Below, piece by piece: positions 49,299 to 59,332 of a stretch of DNA of 64,000 bases (positions are counted from its first letter, which is position 1; every line of letters starts with the position of its first letter). Location of the stretch: contig OZ244034.1 of assembly GCA_965215185.1 (NCBI GenBank), forward strand, positions 704,001 to 768,000, written 5' to 3'. The notes below the pieces were generated by a model. It made no database searches and was not told the origin of the DNA. It worked only from the letters and a program-made list of their open reading frames with translations. Position numbers and translations under genes: made by a program. Origin of the DNA: Acidimicrobiia bacterium. Lineage in GTDB: Bacteria > Actinomycetota > Acidimicrobiia > Spongiisociales > ZC4RG35.

Positions 49299-50519
49299 GG
49301 GGGTGTTTGGTTGTGGGTAAGGTGAGGTTTGAGCGGGTGAAGCCGCATTTGAATGTGGGGACTATGGGTCATATTGATCATGGGAAGACGACGTTGACGG
49401 CTGCGATTACGCGGGTGTTGTCTGAGCGGGTTGGTGGGAGGAATGTGTTTACTGGGTTTGATGATATTGATCGTGCTCCTGAGGAGCGTGAGCGTGGTAT
49501 TACGATTCAGATTGCGCATGTTGAGTATGAGACTGTGTTGCGTCATTATGCGCATGTGGATATGCCGGGGCATGCGGATTATATTAAGAATATGATTACG
49601 GGGGCGGCTCAGGTGGATGGGGCGGTGTTGGTGGTTTCGGCTGTGGATGGTCCGATGCCGCAGACGCGTGAGCATGTGTTGTTGGCGCGGCAGGTGGGTG
49701 TGCCGCGGATTGTGGTGTTTTTGAATAAGTGTGATTTGGTGGATGATGAGGAGTTGTTGGATTTGGTGGAGTTGGAGGTTCGGGATTTGTTGACGGAGTA
49801 TGAGTTTCCGGGTGATGATGTTCCGGTGGTGAGGGGTTCTGCTTTGCGGGCGTTGGAGGGTGATGTTGTGGCTGGTGATGGTGTGATGGAGTTGATGGGT
49901 GTGGTGGATGAGTATGTGGATATTCCGGTTCGGGATATGGAGCGTCCGTTTTTGATGCCGATTGAGGATGTGTTTTCGATTACTGGTCGGGGGACGGTGG
50001 TGACTGGTCGTGTGGAGCAGGGGGTGTTGAAGGTTGGTTCGGCTGTTGAGGTGGTGGGGTTGCGTGAGACGCGTGGTTCGGTGGCGACTGGTGTTGAGAT
50101 GTTTAGGAAGTTGTTGGATGAGGGTCGGGCTGGTGATAATGTGGGTGTGTTGTTGCGGGGGGTGGGTAAGAGTGAGGTGGAGCGTGGTCAGGTGTTGGCT
50201 GCTCCGGGTTCGATTTTGCCGCATGTGGGGTTTGAGGCGCAGGTGTATGTGTTGACTAAGGAGGAGGGGGGGCGGCATAATCCGTTTTTTTCGGGTTATC
50301 GTCCTCAGTTTTATTTTCGTACGACTGATGTGACGGGTTCGGTGGTGTTGCCGGGTGGTGTGCAGATGGTGATGCCGGGTGATAATGTGGAGTTGTCGGT
50401 GGAGTTGATTGCTCCGATTGCGATGACGGTGGGGTTGGATTTCGCGATTCGTGAGGGTGGTCGGACTGTGGGGGCGGGTCGGGTCACCAAAATCACCAAA
50501 TAACCCCCAAACCAAAAAC
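49299..50519. other. Strand-skewed tract: G/T-biased 49299-50484, A/C-biased 50485-50519
   Basis: Direct reading: all but one wobble position G/T up to 50482; 50485-50519 has no G and only 2 T. Confidence 0.95.
49313..50503 (+). CDS. tuf: Elongation factor Tu (396 aa) with extreme G/T codon bias
   Basis: [43 protein letters not shown]; intact frame; AAGGGGG RBS before GTG 49313. Confidence 0.98.
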   Translation: MGKVRFERVKPHLNVGTMGHIDHGKTTLTAAITRVLSERVGGRNVFTGFDDIDRAPEERERGITIQIAHVEYETVLRHYAHVDMPGHADYIKNMITGAAQVDGAVLVVSAVDGPMPQTREHVLLARQVGVPRIVVFLNKCDLVDDEELLDLVELEVRDLLTEYEFPGDDVPVVRGSALRALEGDVVAGDGVMELMGVVDEYVDIPVRDMERPFLMPIEDVFSITGRGTVVTGRVEQGVLKVGSAVEVVGLRETRGSVATGVEMFRKLLDEGRAGDNVGVLLRGVGKSEVERGQVLAAPGSILPHVGFEAQVYVLTKEEGGRHNPFFSGYRPQFYFRTTDVTGSVVLPGGVQMVMPGDNVELSVELIAPIAMTVGLDFAIREGGRTVGAGRVTKITK

Positions 50520-50588
50520 TTTGTAAGAAGCAGACTTAGAAAACTAAAGACCAGAAAACCGGATAAGCGAGGACAGTAGAAGAGACCA

Positions 50589-50900
50589 ATGAACGGTTCC
50601 CAGAAGATCCGCATAAAGCTAAAGGCTTATGACCACCAGAGTGTGGATGAGTCGGCGCGCAAGATCGCTGCTACGGTCACTCGTACTCAGGCCAAGATCA
50701 AAGGTCCTATACCTTTGCCCACCGAGATTCATAGATACTGTGTTATTCGCGGACCCCACGTTGACAAAGACTCCCGGGAACATTTCGAGATGCGCATCCA
50801 CAAACGTCTGATTGATATTCTTGATCCGACCGCGAAAACGGTGGATTCATTAATGCGTCTTGACCTGCCTTCCGGGGTGGAAGTGGAGATAAAGCTGTGA
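50589..50900 (+). CDS. rpsJ: 30S ribosomal protein S10
   Basis: [31 protein letters not shown]. Confidence 0.98.
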   Translation: MNGSQKIRIKLKAYDHQSVDESARKIAATVTRTQAKIKGPIPLPTEIHRYCVIRGPHVDKDSREHFEMRIHKRLIDILDPTAKTVDSLMRLDLPSGVEVEIKL

Positions 50901-51535
50901 ACACCATCCTGGGAACCAAACTCGGTATGAGCCAGATCTTCAGTGAGGACGCTCGGGCTTTGCCGGTCACCGTCATCAAGGCGGGCCCATGCCGGGTGGT
51001 ACAGGTCAAAACCGCGGAGACGGACGGTTATGAAGCCGTTCAACTGGCGTTGGAAGTCAGTAAACCGGCCAAGGTGGGGAAGGCCTTGGCAGGACATTTC
51101 GCCAAAGCGGGTGTGGCTCCCTCTCCCCATTTAGTGGAGACGTTGGTGGACGACTCGGGAGCGTTCCAGCCAGGATCGACCATCAATGTGGACGAGATCT
51201 TTGAACCAGGTGTGCGCGCCGACGTCACCGGCGTCTCAAGAGGCAAGGGCTTCGCGGGCGTGATGAAGAGACACAATTTCTCAGGACTGTGCGCCTCTCA
51301 CGGGACCCACAAGAAACACCGTTCAGGAGGATCGATCGGCGCCTGCGCCACCCCCTCGCGGGTATTCAAGGGAAAGTCGATGCCCGGCCGGATGGGCTCC
51401 GAGCGCACCACTGTTTTGAACATCGAAGTGGTGAGGGTATTGGCCGAAGAAGGGCTTTTGCTGCTGAGGGGAGCGGTACCCGGACCCAAGGGCGGATTGG
51501 TGATGGTCCGAAAGGCGGTCAAGGCCGGTGGATGA
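50897..51535 (+). CDS. rplC: 50S ribosomal protein L3
   Basis: [31 protein letters not shown]. Confidence 0.97.
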   Translation: MNTILGTKLGMSQIFSEDARALPVTVIKAGPCRVVQVKTAETDGYEAVQLALEVSKPAKVGKALAGHFAKAGVAPSPHLVETLVDDSGAFQPGSTINVDEIFEPGVRADVTGVSRGKGFAGVMKRHNFSGLCASHGTHKKHRSGGSIGACATPSRVFKGKSMPGRMGSERTTVLNIEVVRVLAEEGLLLLRGAVPGPKGGLVMVRKAVKAGG

Positions 51536-52187
51536 ACTGACCGCCCCTCTCTACGACCCGCAGGGGTCCCTTTGTGGAGAGAAGCCGCTCGATCCCTCGG
51601 TATTCGGTGTGACTCCCAACCTGCCAGTGCTCCATCAAGTGGTCACCGCTCAAATGGCCGGCAAACGTTCAGGAACCGCTTCCACCAAGACCCGGGCGGA
51701 GGTGAGGGGCGGAGGTCGCAAGCCTTGGCGCCAAAAGGGGACCGGAAGGGCCCGGCACGGCTCGAGTCGTTCGCCGATATGGCGGGGAGGAGGAGTCTCC
51801 CACGGACCCAAGCCCCGTGATTACCATCAGCGCACGCCGGCCAAGATGCGTCGGCTTGCCCTGCGGGGCGCTCTTTCGGCCCGTGCTTCGGAGGGGGCCA
51901 TCTACGCGACTCTCCCTTGGGATTGGGAGGTTCCGCGTACCAAGGCGGCGGTGGCTTTCTTGGAGGCGATAGGTTTGTCGGCAAAGACGCTGCTGGTTTT
52001 GGAGCGGTTGGGCGGTGTGGAACATCGATCATTTCGCAACATTCCGGCAATAAGGATTATTGAGGCCCGGTATATAACTCCCTACGACGTGCTGTGGGCC
52101 AGGGATCTGGTGTTCTGCGGCGATTCTTTGGATATTGTCACCATGGTGGGCGCCGCGCAAGATACTGCGAAGGCCAAGGCTTCATGA
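51528..52187 (+). CDS. rplD: 50S ribosomal protein L4
   Basis: [24 protein letters not shown]. Confidence 0.97.
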   Translation: MDELTAPLYDPQGSLCGEKPLDPSVFGVTPNLPVLHQVVTAQMAGKRSGTASTKTRAEVRGGGRKPWRQKGTGRARHGSSRSPIWRGGGVSHGPKPRDYHQRTPAKMRRLALRGALSARASEGAIYATLPWDWEVPRTKAAVAFLEAIGLSAKTLLVLERLGGVEHRSFRNIPAIRIIEARYITPYDVLWARDLVFCGDSLDIVTMVGAAQDTAKAKAS

Positions 52188-52471
52188 AGTACCCTCACGA
52201 CGTGATTCTGGGACCGGTGGTCTCTGAGAAGTCTTTCGATCTGATCGAAACCTTCAACACCTATTCCTTTCTGGTTGACCCACGCTCCAACAAGACCGAG
52301 ATCCGTCAGTCGGTGGAAGCCATTTTCGAAGTGGATGTTCTCTCGGTCAACACCTACAACCGGCGGGGCAAGAGGAAGCGCACCCGTCGTATGCTCGGCA
52401 AGCGGAAGGACACCAAGCGGGCCTTGGTGACGCTGGCCGAGGGCGATTCCATCGATCTATTCGGGTTATAA
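52184..52471 (+). CDS. rplW: 50S ribosomal protein L23
   Basis: [24 protein letters not shown]. Confidence 0.96.
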   Translation: MKYPHDVILGPVVSEKSFDLIETFNTYSFLVDPRSNKTEIRQSVEAIFEVDVLSVNTYNRRGKRKRTRRMLGKRKDTKRALVTLAEGDSIDLFGL

Positions 52472-52473
52472 AC

Positions 52474-53307
52474 ATGGCAGTAAAAAAACGCAAGCCCACA
52501 TCTGCGGGACGACGCTTTCAGACCGTCTCTGATTTTTCGGACATCACCAGCAGTAGCCCCGAGAAGTCACTGCTGGCTCCTCGGCCCTCCAAGGGGGGCC
52601 GGAACAGCTATGGTCGTGTCACCTCCCGTCACCGGGGCGGAGGCCACAAACGTCGCTACCGGGTCATTGATTTTCGAAGAACCAAAGATGGGATACCCGC
52701 CAAGGTGGCGGCCATCGAATACGACCCGAACCGCAACGCCCGTATCGCCCTGCTGCATTATGTGGACGGGGAAAAGCGCTACATACTGGCTCCGGTGGGA
52801 GTCGGGGTAGGGGACCGGATCAGTTCGGGTCCCAAGGCTGAGATCAGGCCGGGCAACGCCTTAGCTCTGCGCAACGTCCCGGCGGGAAGCACCGTTCACG
52901 CGGTGGAGATGCGTCCGGGCGGAGGCGCCAAAATGGCTCGGTCGGCCGGGGCGTCGGTCCAGTTGATGTCCAAGGAAGGCGGGATGGCTTTGCTCCGCTT
53001 GCCGTCCGGGGAGGTGCGCATGGTTCCATTGGATTGCCGGGCAACAATCGGCCAGGTGGGCAACACCGAGGCCGAGCTGGTAAAGCTTGGCAAAGCGGGA
53101 CGCAACCGCTGGAAGGGAGTGCGTCCTCAGACCAGGGGAGTGGCCATGAATCCCGTCGACCATCCCCTGGGAGGTGGGGAAGGCAAGTCTTCTGGTGGTA
53201 GGCCGCCGGTTAGCCCGTGGGGAAAGCCGGAGGGACGTACGCGTCGCAAGAACAAGCAGAGCAACAAGGACATTGTTCGCCGTCGTTACGCCAAAGGTCG
53301 GAGGTAG
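52474..53307 (+). CDS. rplB: 50S ribosomal protein L2
   Basis: [33 protein letters not shown]. Confidence 0.98.
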   Translation: MAVKKRKPTSAGRRFQTVSDFSDITSSSPEKSLLAPRPSKGGRNSYGRVTSRHRGGGHKRRYRVIDFRRTKDGIPAKVAAIEYDPNRNARIALLHYVDGEKRYILAPVGVGVGDRISSGPKAEIRPGNALALRNVPAGSTVHAVEMRPGGGAKMARSAGASVQLMSKEGGMALLRLPSGEVRMVPLDCRATIGQVGNTEAELVKLGKAGRNRWKGVRPQTRGVAMNPVDHPLGGGEGKSSGGRPPVSPWGKPEGRTRRKNKQSNKDIVRRRYAKGRR

Positions 53308-53309
53308 CC

Positions 53310-53597
53310 GTGGGTAGAAGTTTGAAGAAGGGCCCTTTCGTTGACGATCATCTCTTGGAGAAGGTCGAGGAACTCAATCAAGCTCGTCAAAAGAAAGTGA
53401 TCCGCACCTGGAGCCGACGTTCCACCGTGATTCCCGCCATGATTGGCCACACCATCGCCGTTCACGATGGGCGCCGCCACGTACCCGTTTATCTGACGGA
53501 GTCGATGGTCGGACACAAGCTGGGGGAATTCGCCCCCACCCGCACCTTTCGTAAGCATCCGGGCGGGAAACGGGACAAGGTGGTGAGAAAGCGGTGA
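53310..53597 (+). CDS. rpsS: 30S ribosomal protein S19
   Basis: [27 protein letters not shown]. Confidence 0.98.
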   Translation: MGRSLKKGPFVDDHLLEKVEELNQARQKKVIRTWSRRSTVIPAMIGHTIAVHDGRRHVPVYLTESMVGHKLGEFAPTRTFRKHPGGKRDKVVRKR

Positions 53598-53947
53598 GAA
53601 CCCAGGCCCGCGCTCGTTATCTCCGCCATTCTCCCTACAAGATGAGGCGGGTGGCCGACTTGGTGAGAGGAAAACCGGTGGAAGAAGCCCAAGACCTGCT
53701 GACTCACATAAACCGGGGCGCCGCTCCCGCTATTCTCAAGGTCTTGGACTCGGCAGTGGCGAATGCCGAAAACAATCTGGAACTGGACGTCGACCAACTG
53801 AAGGTAGCGGCCGTCTATGTTGACGAAGGTCCTACTTTGCGGTCTTTTCGCGCTCGGGCCAGAGGTAGCGTGAACCGTATTCGCAAACGCACCAGCCATG
53901 TGACGGTCGTGGTCGCCGACTCCCAACATGACGAGGAGACAAACTGA
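53594..53947 (+). CDS. rplV: 50S ribosomal protein L22
   Basis: [33 protein letters not shown]. Confidence 0.97.
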   Translation: MRTQARARYLRHSPYKMRRVADLVRGKPVEEAQDLLTHINRGAAPAILKVLDSAVANAENNLELDVDQLKVAAVYVDEGPTLRSFRARARGSVNRIRKRTSHVTVVVADSQHDEETN

Positions 53948-54963
53948 TGGGACAGAAGACTAACCCCTATTCCTTCCGACTGGGTGTGGTGACGGACTGG
54001 AAGTCCAAGTGGTATTCGGACAAGGATTATGTGAACTTGGTGAACGAGGATTGGCAGATCCGCGACTATCTTCGAGGGATGCTCCTGCGAGGAGCCGTTT
54101 CCCGGATAGAAGTGGAGAGGACCAGGGACCGAGTGGTGGTGGAGATCCACACCGCCCGCCCTGGAGTGGTGATCGGTCGACGGGGAACGGAGGCGGAGCG
54201 GTTGCGCAAGGGCTTGGAAAAGCTCACCTCCAAGTCCATAAAGCTCAACATCATCGAGGTGAAGGACCCCGAGTTGGATGCTCAACTTCTCGCCCAAGGA
54301 ATCGCCGATCAGCTTGAAAACCGGGTCGCCTTCCGCCGCGCTATGAAACGGGCCTTAGGTACCGCCGGGAAAGCCGGCGCACAAGGGGTCCGAGTGGAGT
54401 GCAAGGGCAGATTGGGCGGCTCCGACATGGGTCGTCGCGAGTGGTACTTGGAGGGCCGTGTGCCGCTTCACACCATCCGCGCCGATATTGATTACGGGGT
54501 AGCCACCGCCCACACCATGGTTGGATCGGTCGGCGTCAAGGTTTGGGTCTACAAGGGAGATGTGTTCAAGACCCGTTCTTCAGGGGAGAAGATGGCCGCC
54601 GAGGTGGCCTTGGCCGCCGGAGGCCCCACTCGTCGGCGCCGTACCCCTGCCAAGGCGCGGGCCGAAGCAGCGGCCGGCCGCAAAGGTCCTCGCCTGATCG
54701 AGGCGGGTGGCGGAAAGCGTCCGGTAGAGGCCACGGCTCCCAAACGGGATGGCCGCAAACGCTTGATCGAGGCGGGCGGCGGGCGCAAGCGATCCGAGCA
54801 GACCTCTCCCGAAATCTGGGACACGGAGGACGACGTGTCGGGCGCCGACGCCACGGTCCAGACTGAAACAGCCCCCGGCGCCGACGCCACGGTCCAGACT
54901 GAAACAGCCCCCGGCGCCGACGCCACGGTCCAGACTGAAACAGCCCCCGAGGAGCGTACCTGA
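53947..54963 (+). CDS. rpsC: 30S ribosomal protein S3 with long C-terminal extension
   Basis: [37 protein letters not shown], then a tail of over 120 aa. Confidence 0.97.
   Translation: MGQKTNPYSFRLGVVTDWKSKWYSDKDYVNLVNEDWQIRDYLRGMLLRGAVSRIEVERTRDRVVVEIHTARPGVVIGRRGTEAERLRKGLEKLTSKSIKLNIIEVKDPELDAQLLAQGIADQLENRVAFRRAMKRALGTAGKAGAQGVRVECKGRLGGSDMGRREWYLEGRVPLHTIRADIDYGVATAHTMVGSVGVKVWVYKGDVFKTRSSGEKMAAEVALAAGGPTRRRRTPAKARAEAAAGRKGPRLIEAGGGKRPVEATAPKRDGRKRLIEAGGGRKRSEQTSPEIWDTEDDVSGADATVQTETAPGADATVQTETAPGADATVQTETAPEERT
54841..54948 (+). repeat. Perfect 3 x 36-bp in-frame tandem repeat ([12 protein letters not shown])
   Basis: ggcgccgacgccacggtccagactgaaacagccccc at 54841, 54877 and 54913. 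Confidence 0.97.
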
Positions 54964-54964
54964 G

Positions 54965-55378
54965 ATGTTGATGCCCAAGAGGTCCCGTCACCGTAAGGTG
55001 CATCGGGGCCGCAGGAAGGGTGTTGCCAAGGGCGGCACCAAAGTGAATTTCGGCCAGTATGGTATTCAGGCCCTGACGGCAGGATGGATAACCGCTCGCC
55101 AGATCGAGTCGGCCCGAGTGGCCATCACCCGTTCGGTCCGCCGCGGAGGCCGGGTGTGGATAACCATCTTTCCCGATAAACCGGTGACCGCCAAGCCCGC
55201 TGAGACCCGGATGGGTTCAGGGAAGGGCAACCCCGAATTCTGGGTGGCGGTGGTTAAACCTGGGCGGGTCATGTTCGAGTTGTCCGGTGTTCCCGAAGAC
55301 TTGGCCCGCGAGGCGATGCGCAAGGCAGGGCACAAACTTCCCATCAGGACCAGGTTCGTAATGCGGGAGGAATCATGA
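54965..55378 (+). CDS. rplP: 50S ribosomal protein L16
   Basis: [22 protein letters not shown]. Confidence 0.98.
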   Translation: MLMPKRSRHRKVHRGRRKGVAKGGTKVNFGQYGIQALTAGWITARQIESARVAITRSVRRGGRVWITIFPDKPVTAKPAETRMGSGKGNPEFWVAVVKPGRVMFELSGVPEDLAREAMRKAGHKLPIRTRFVMREES

Positions 55379-55599
55379 AGACGGCGCAGTTGCGGGAACT
55401 CAACCATCGAGAACTCATGGAGAAGCTAGCCGAATCCAAGAAAGAGCTTTTCAATTTGCGTTTCCAATTGGCTACCAATCAATTGGACAACACCGCTCGA
55501 GTGAAGGCGGTCAAGAAAACGGTGGCTCGCGTCCGCACCATCCTCAGAGACCGCGAGATACAGCTTTGGTATGCCCAGCAGGAGGATTCCAATGAGTGA
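55375..55599 (+). CDS. rpmC: 50S ribosomal protein L29
   Basis: [12 protein letters not shown]; operon position. Confidence 0.96.
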   Translation: MKTAQLRELNHRELMEKLAESKKELFNLRFQLATNQLDNTARVKAVKKTVARVRTILRDREIQLWYAQQEDSNE

Positions 55600-55849
55600 G
55601 CGTCCCAGACGCAAGACCCGGGTGGGTGTGGTGGTGTCGGATCAGCGCGACCGAACGATCTCGGTGAAGGTCGCGACCTCCTACAAGCATCCCCGCTATC
55701 ACAAGGTGGTTCGCAAGAGCACCTTGTATCACGTCCACGACCAGGACAACGACGCCCGGACAGGTGATACGGTGCGCATTGTGGAGACCCGTCCGCTCTC
55801 CAAACAGAAGCGTTGGCGGATGACCGAAGTCATGGAGCGCGCCAAGTGA
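55592..55849 (+). CDS. rpsQ: 30S ribosomal protein S17
   Basis: [23 protein letters not shown]. Confidence 0.97.
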   Translation: MSERPRRKTRVGVVVSDQRDRTISVKVATSYKHPRYHKVVRKSTLYHVHDQDNDARTGDTVRIVETRPLSKQKRWRMTEVMERAK

Positions 55850-56214
55850 TCCAGAAAGAGAGCAGGCTGCGGGTGGCTGACAACACCGGGGCGCGCTCAG
55901 TGTTGTGCATTGGGTTGGTGGGTGGCACCCGTCGTCGCTATGCCCGAGTGGGGGATGAGATCATGGCGAGCGTCAAGGAGGCGGTTCCCGGAGGAGTGAT
56001 CAAGAAGGGTGAAGTGGTACGGGCGGTCGTGGTGCGCACCCGCAAGGAGCGTCGCCGAGCCGACGGGACTTATATCCGTTTTGATGACAACGCCTGTGTG
56101 ATCGTCGATCCCCAGCGTCAGCCCCGCGGCACCCGGATCTTTGGACCGGTGGCTCGGGAACTGCGCGAGAAGAAGTTCATGAGGATCGTTTCCCTGGCGC
56201 CGGAGGTGCTATGA
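55846..56214 (+). CDS. rplN: 50S ribosomal protein L14
   Basis: [25 protein letters not shown]. Confidence 0.98.
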   Translation: MIQKESRLRVADNTGARSVLCIGLVGGTRRRYARVGDEIMASVKEAVPGGVIKKGEVVRAVVVRTRKERRRADGTYIRFDDNACVIVDPQRQPRGTRIFGPVARELREKKFMRIVSLAPEVL

Positions 56215-56513
56215 AGCTGCGTGTAGGAGACCGAGTGAAGGTCATCACCGGCAAGGATGTCGGACGAGAGTCGCGGGTTTCTCGTGTGATCCCCAAGCTC
56301 AATAAGGTGATCGTGGAAGGCGTTAACACCGCCAAGCGTCATCAGCGTCCCCAAAGCGGGACCATGCAAGGTGGAATCATCGACAAGGACATGCCGATTC
56401 ACGCCTCGAATGTGATGATTGTTTGCGAGGAGTGCGGCCCCACCAAGATCGGAAAACGGTCTGACGAGCGGGGCAAGCGCCGCGTATGCCGCAAATGCGG
56501 AGGTGACCTGTGA
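56211..56513 (+). CDS. rplX: 50S ribosomal protein L24 (two C-terminal CxxC)
   Basis: [14 protein letters not shown] motif, VEGVN, PIHASNV. Confidence 0.97.
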   Translation: MKLRVGDRVKVITGKDVGRESRVSRVIPKLNKVIVEGVNTAKRHQRPQSGTMQGGIIDKDMPIHASNVMIVCEECGPTKIGKRSDERGKRRVCRKCGGDL

Positions 56514-57091
56514 GTCAGTCGGTAAGCGCTTCGACGCCTCCCCGGCTCAAGGAGCGGTATCGGAGGGAAATCGCCTCTTCGCTCCAGGACGATTTGGGTC
56601 TGTCCAACCCCATGCAGGTTCCCTGTTTGGAAAAGATCGTGGTGAACATGGGGATCGGAGGAGCCATTCGTGATCGCAAGCAGGTCGGTAGCGCCATGGA
56701 AGAACTGGCCCTAATCGCCGGTCAGAAGCCTCGTTTGAACCTGGCCCGCAAGTCGGTGGCCGGTTTCAAAATCAGAAAGGGGATGCCGGTGGGTGTGTCG
56801 GTGACGCTGCGGGGCGACCGAATGTGGGAATTCTTCGACCGGATCATGTCGATCGCCATCCCCAGGGTGCGCGACTTCCGGGGCATGAAGCCCACCTCTT
56901 TCGATGGCAGGGGAAACTATTCGTTCGGTTTCGACGAACAGTTGGTATTTCCCGAGATACATTACGACCAGGTTTCGGAAACCCGCGGTATGGACATCAC
57001 CATCTGCACCACGGCTACCGGTGATGACCACGGCCGAGCTCTTCTGTCGGCTTTCGGTTTTCCCTTCCGAGTCACTGAATCGTTGCACTAA
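56510..57091 (+). CDS. rplE: 50S ribosomal protein L5
   Basis: [28 protein letters not shown]. Confidence 0.98.
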   Translation: MSQSVSASTPPRLKERYRREIASSLQDDLGLSNPMQVPCLEKIVVNMGIGGAIRDRKQVGSAMEELALIAGQKPRLNLARKSVAGFKIRKGMPVGVSVTLRGDRMWEFFDRIMSIAIPRVRDFRGMKPTSFDGRGNYSFGFDEQLVFPEIHYDQVSETRGMDITICTTATGDDHGRALLSAFGFPFRVTESLH

Positions 57092-57100
57092 GGAGTTTTC

Positions 57101-57286
57101 GTGGCGCGCAAATCACTAATAGCTAAAGCCAAACGGCCCCCCAAATTCAAGGTGCGGGGTTATAACCGCTGTCGTAAGTGTGGTCGGTCACGCTCCGTTT
57201 TGCGTGACTTCGGCATGTGCCGGATATGTGTACGCGAGTTGGCTTCCCGCGGGGAGTTGCCCGGAGTGAGAAAGGCGTCCTGGTAG
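57101..57286 (+). CDS. rpsZ: 30S ribosomal protein S14, zinc-binding 61-aa type
   Basis: RCRKCGR...[13 protein letters not shown]. Confidence 0.96.
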   Translation: MARKSLIAKAKRPPKFKVRGYNRCRKCGRSRSVLRDFGMCRICVRELASRGELPGVRKASW

Positions 57287-57288
57287 CC

Positions 57289-57693
57289 ATGATGACCGAC
57301 CCGGTCGCCGACATGTTGACCCGCATTCGCAACGGGATATCCGCCCGCCACTCCCAGGTCGAGATGCCTTCTTCCCAGCTTAAGGAAAGGATTGCCCGCA
57401 TTCTCTCTGCCGAGGGGTTCGTAGACGGCTTCTCGGTCAGCGCGGTGGACGATTCCAGACCGCATAGGACGCTGAAGATCAAGTTGAGATACTCCCCAGA
57501 GAAGGTTTCAGCCATCTCCGGTGTGCGGAGGATCTCTAAGCCCGGCCATCGCCGCTACAGTGCCGCGTCCGACATCACCCGCGTGCAGGGCGGCATGGGG
57601 ATAGTCATCGTTTCCACGTCCCAGGGCCTGCTCACCGATCGTGCAGCTCGGCGTCGGCGCCTGGGTGGCGAGATCCTCTGCGAGGTGTGGTGA
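57289..57693 (+). CDS. rpsH: 30S ribosomal protein S8
   Basis: DPVADMLTRIRN, ISKPG, STSQG, GGEILC. Confidence 0.98.
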   Translation: MMTDPVADMLTRIRNGISARHSQVEMPSSQLKERIARILSAEGFVDGFSVSAVDDSRPHRTLKIKLRYSPEKVSAISGVRRISKPGHRRYSAASDITRVQGGMGIVIVSTSQGLLTDRAARRRRLGGEILCEVW

Positions 57694-58232
57694 TGAGCAG
57701 GGTAGGAATGGTGCCAGTAGAAATCCCCTCCGGAGTGGACTTGACGGTTGATGGGTCGACAGTGCGGGTGAAGGGCCCCAAGGGCGAGTTGTCCCGGACT
57801 TTCCATGAACGGGTGAAGATCGAGGTTGAAGACAGCCGGGCGGTGGTGACCCGGGTGGACGAATCTAGGATGTCTCGTTCCCTTCACGGCCTGTCCCGCA
57901 CCCTTTTGGCCAATATGGTGACCGGGGTGGTGAATGGTTACCAGAAGGAACTGACTGTGGTGGGAGTCGGTTATCGGGCGCAACTGCGAGGAAGTGGTCT
58001 GGTCATGCAGTTAGGATTCAGCCATCCGGTCGAGATAGACGCGCCAGAGGGGATCACCTTCGAATCCCCCCAGCTCACCCGGATAGTCATCAAGGGCATC
58101 GACAAGCAGCAGGTGGGTCAGGTGGCGGCTGAGATCCGACGTATCCGTCCTCCCGAGCCCTACAAAGGCAAGGGAATTCGCTATAACGACGAGAAGGTCC
58201 GTCGTAAGGCGGGCAAGGCAGGAAGAATATGA
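57693..58232 (+). CDS. rplF: 50S ribosomal protein L6
   Basis: [25 protein letters not shown]. Confidence 0.98.
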   Translation: MSRVGMVPVEIPSGVDLTVDGSTVRVKGPKGELSRTFHERVKIEVEDSRAVVTRVDESRMSRSLHGLSRTLLANMVTGVVNGYQKELTVVGVGYRAQLRGSGLVMQLGFSHPVEIDAPEGITFESPQLTRIVIKGIDKQQVGQVAAEIRRIRPPEPYKGKGIRYNDEKVRRKAGKAGRI

Positions 58233-58582
58233 AATCCACCCGTGGTCAGGCTCGGCTTCGGCGTCACCGGCGGGTGCGCAGGAAAGTTCGCGGCAACTCC
58301 GAACGGCCCAGGTTGGCCGTGTATCGCTCCAACCGCTACATATACGCACAGGTCATCAACGACGATCAGGGTCACACCGTGGCCGCCGCCTCGTCTGTGG
58401 AACCAGAGCTTCGCAACCGTTCCCTGACCGTGGAGACGGCCGGGATCGTTGGTAAACTGTTGGCTGAACGTTGCCGCCGCGTCGGGGTGGAAACCGTGGT
58501 ATTTGATCGCGGTGGGTACCAGTTTGCGGGGAGAGTCAAGGCCTTGGCCGAGGCCGCTCGGGCCGACGGACTGAATTTTTGA
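58229..58582 (+). CDS. rplR: 50S ribosomal protein L18
   Basis: [23 protein letters not shown]. Confidence 0.97.
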   Translation: MKSTRGQARLRRHRRVRRKVRGNSERPRLAVYRSNRYIYAQVINDDQGHTVAAASSVEPELRNRSLTVETAGIVGKLLAERCRRVGVETVVFDRGGYQFAGRVKALAEAARADGLNF

Positions 58583-58589
58583 GGTAGCC

Positions 58590-59141
58590 ATGGCTGAGAT
58601 ACAACAATACGAAGAGCGGGTCATCAAGATAAGCCGTGTGGCCAAGGTGGTGAAAGGCGGACGTAGGTTCTCATTCACCGCCCTGGTGGCGGTGGGAGAC
58701 GGCGCTGGCCGGGTGGGAATCGCCCATGGCCGAGCCAAAGAAGTGCCCGTCGCCATCCAAAAGGCTATGGAGATGGCTCGCCGTTCCATGATCACCGTCC
58801 CCATGACCGGCGCCACCGTCATCCACCAGACCACCGGTAAACATGATGCTTCGCGGGTGCTCATCAAACCGGCTTCGCCCGGTACGGGAGTGATAGCGGG
58901 TGGTGCGGTGCGCCAGATTCTGGAGGCGGCCGGTATCAAAGACGCCCTCGCCAAGTCGCTCGGTTCCTCGTCCCATCTCAATGTGGCCCGGGCGACCATG
59001 AACGCCCTGAAGGGGCAGCGTCGTCCCGATGAGGTCGCACGCCTGCGAGGCAAACGTCCCGAAGAGTTTGTTCCCCCCGCCCTGCTGGATGCCTACCGTT
59101 CCACCGAAGCGATGCGCGCCGCTCCCAAGTCCGTACGATGA
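58590..59141 (+). CDS. rpsE: 30S ribosomal protein S5
   Basis: RVAKVVKGGRRFSF, GTGVIAGG. Confidence 0.98.
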   Translation: MAEIQQYEERVIKISRVAKVVKGGRRFSFTALVAVGDGAGRVGIAHGRAKEVPVAIQKAMEMARRSMITVPMTGATVIHQTTGKHDASRVLIKPASPGTGVIAGGAVRQILEAAGIKDALAKSLGSSSHLNVARATMNALKGQRRPDEVARLRGKRPEEFVPPALLDAYRSTEAMRAAPKSVR

Positions 59142-59332
59142 GTGAGCGTAAGACCCTTCGGGTAACGTTGCGTCGTAGTTTGATTGGCGAAAAACCCAAG
59201 ACGCGTCGCACGGTGCGAGGTCTGGGTCTCACCCGAATCGACCACACCGTTGAGCATGCTGATCGCCCCGAGATTCGGGGAATGATCCACCGGGTGCGTC
59301 ATCTGGTGGAAGTGGAGGAATCTCATGTCTGA
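59138..59332 (+). CDS. rpmD: 50S ribosomal protein L30
   Basis: VTLRRSLIG, GLGL, RGMIHRVRHLV. Confidence 0.95.
   Translation: MSERKTLRVTLRRSLIGEKPKTRRTVRGLGLTRIDHTVEHADRPEIRGMIHRVRHLVEVEESHV

Noticed and set aside
49299-50508. Imperfect inverted repeat around tuf (gggggtgtttggt versus the reverse complement of accaaataaccccc)
   Set aside because: Short, gapped and expected by chance between a G/T-only and an A/C-only tract; no transposase, recombinase or target duplication nearby.
49268-50614. 448-aa His/Thr/Gln-rich ORF antisense to tuf
   Set aside because: A by-product of the bias: antisense in-register stops need sense TTA/CTA/TCA codons, which are absent when codons end in G/T.
54841-54948. 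36-bp repeats as a possible mini-CRISPR
   Set aside because: The units are head-to-tail with no spacers, in frame within rpsC, and there are no cas genes.
56211-57286. Zinc-ribbon cysteines in L24 and S14 (also L36 and S4)
   Set aside because: Known Zn-binding variants of these ribosomal proteins.
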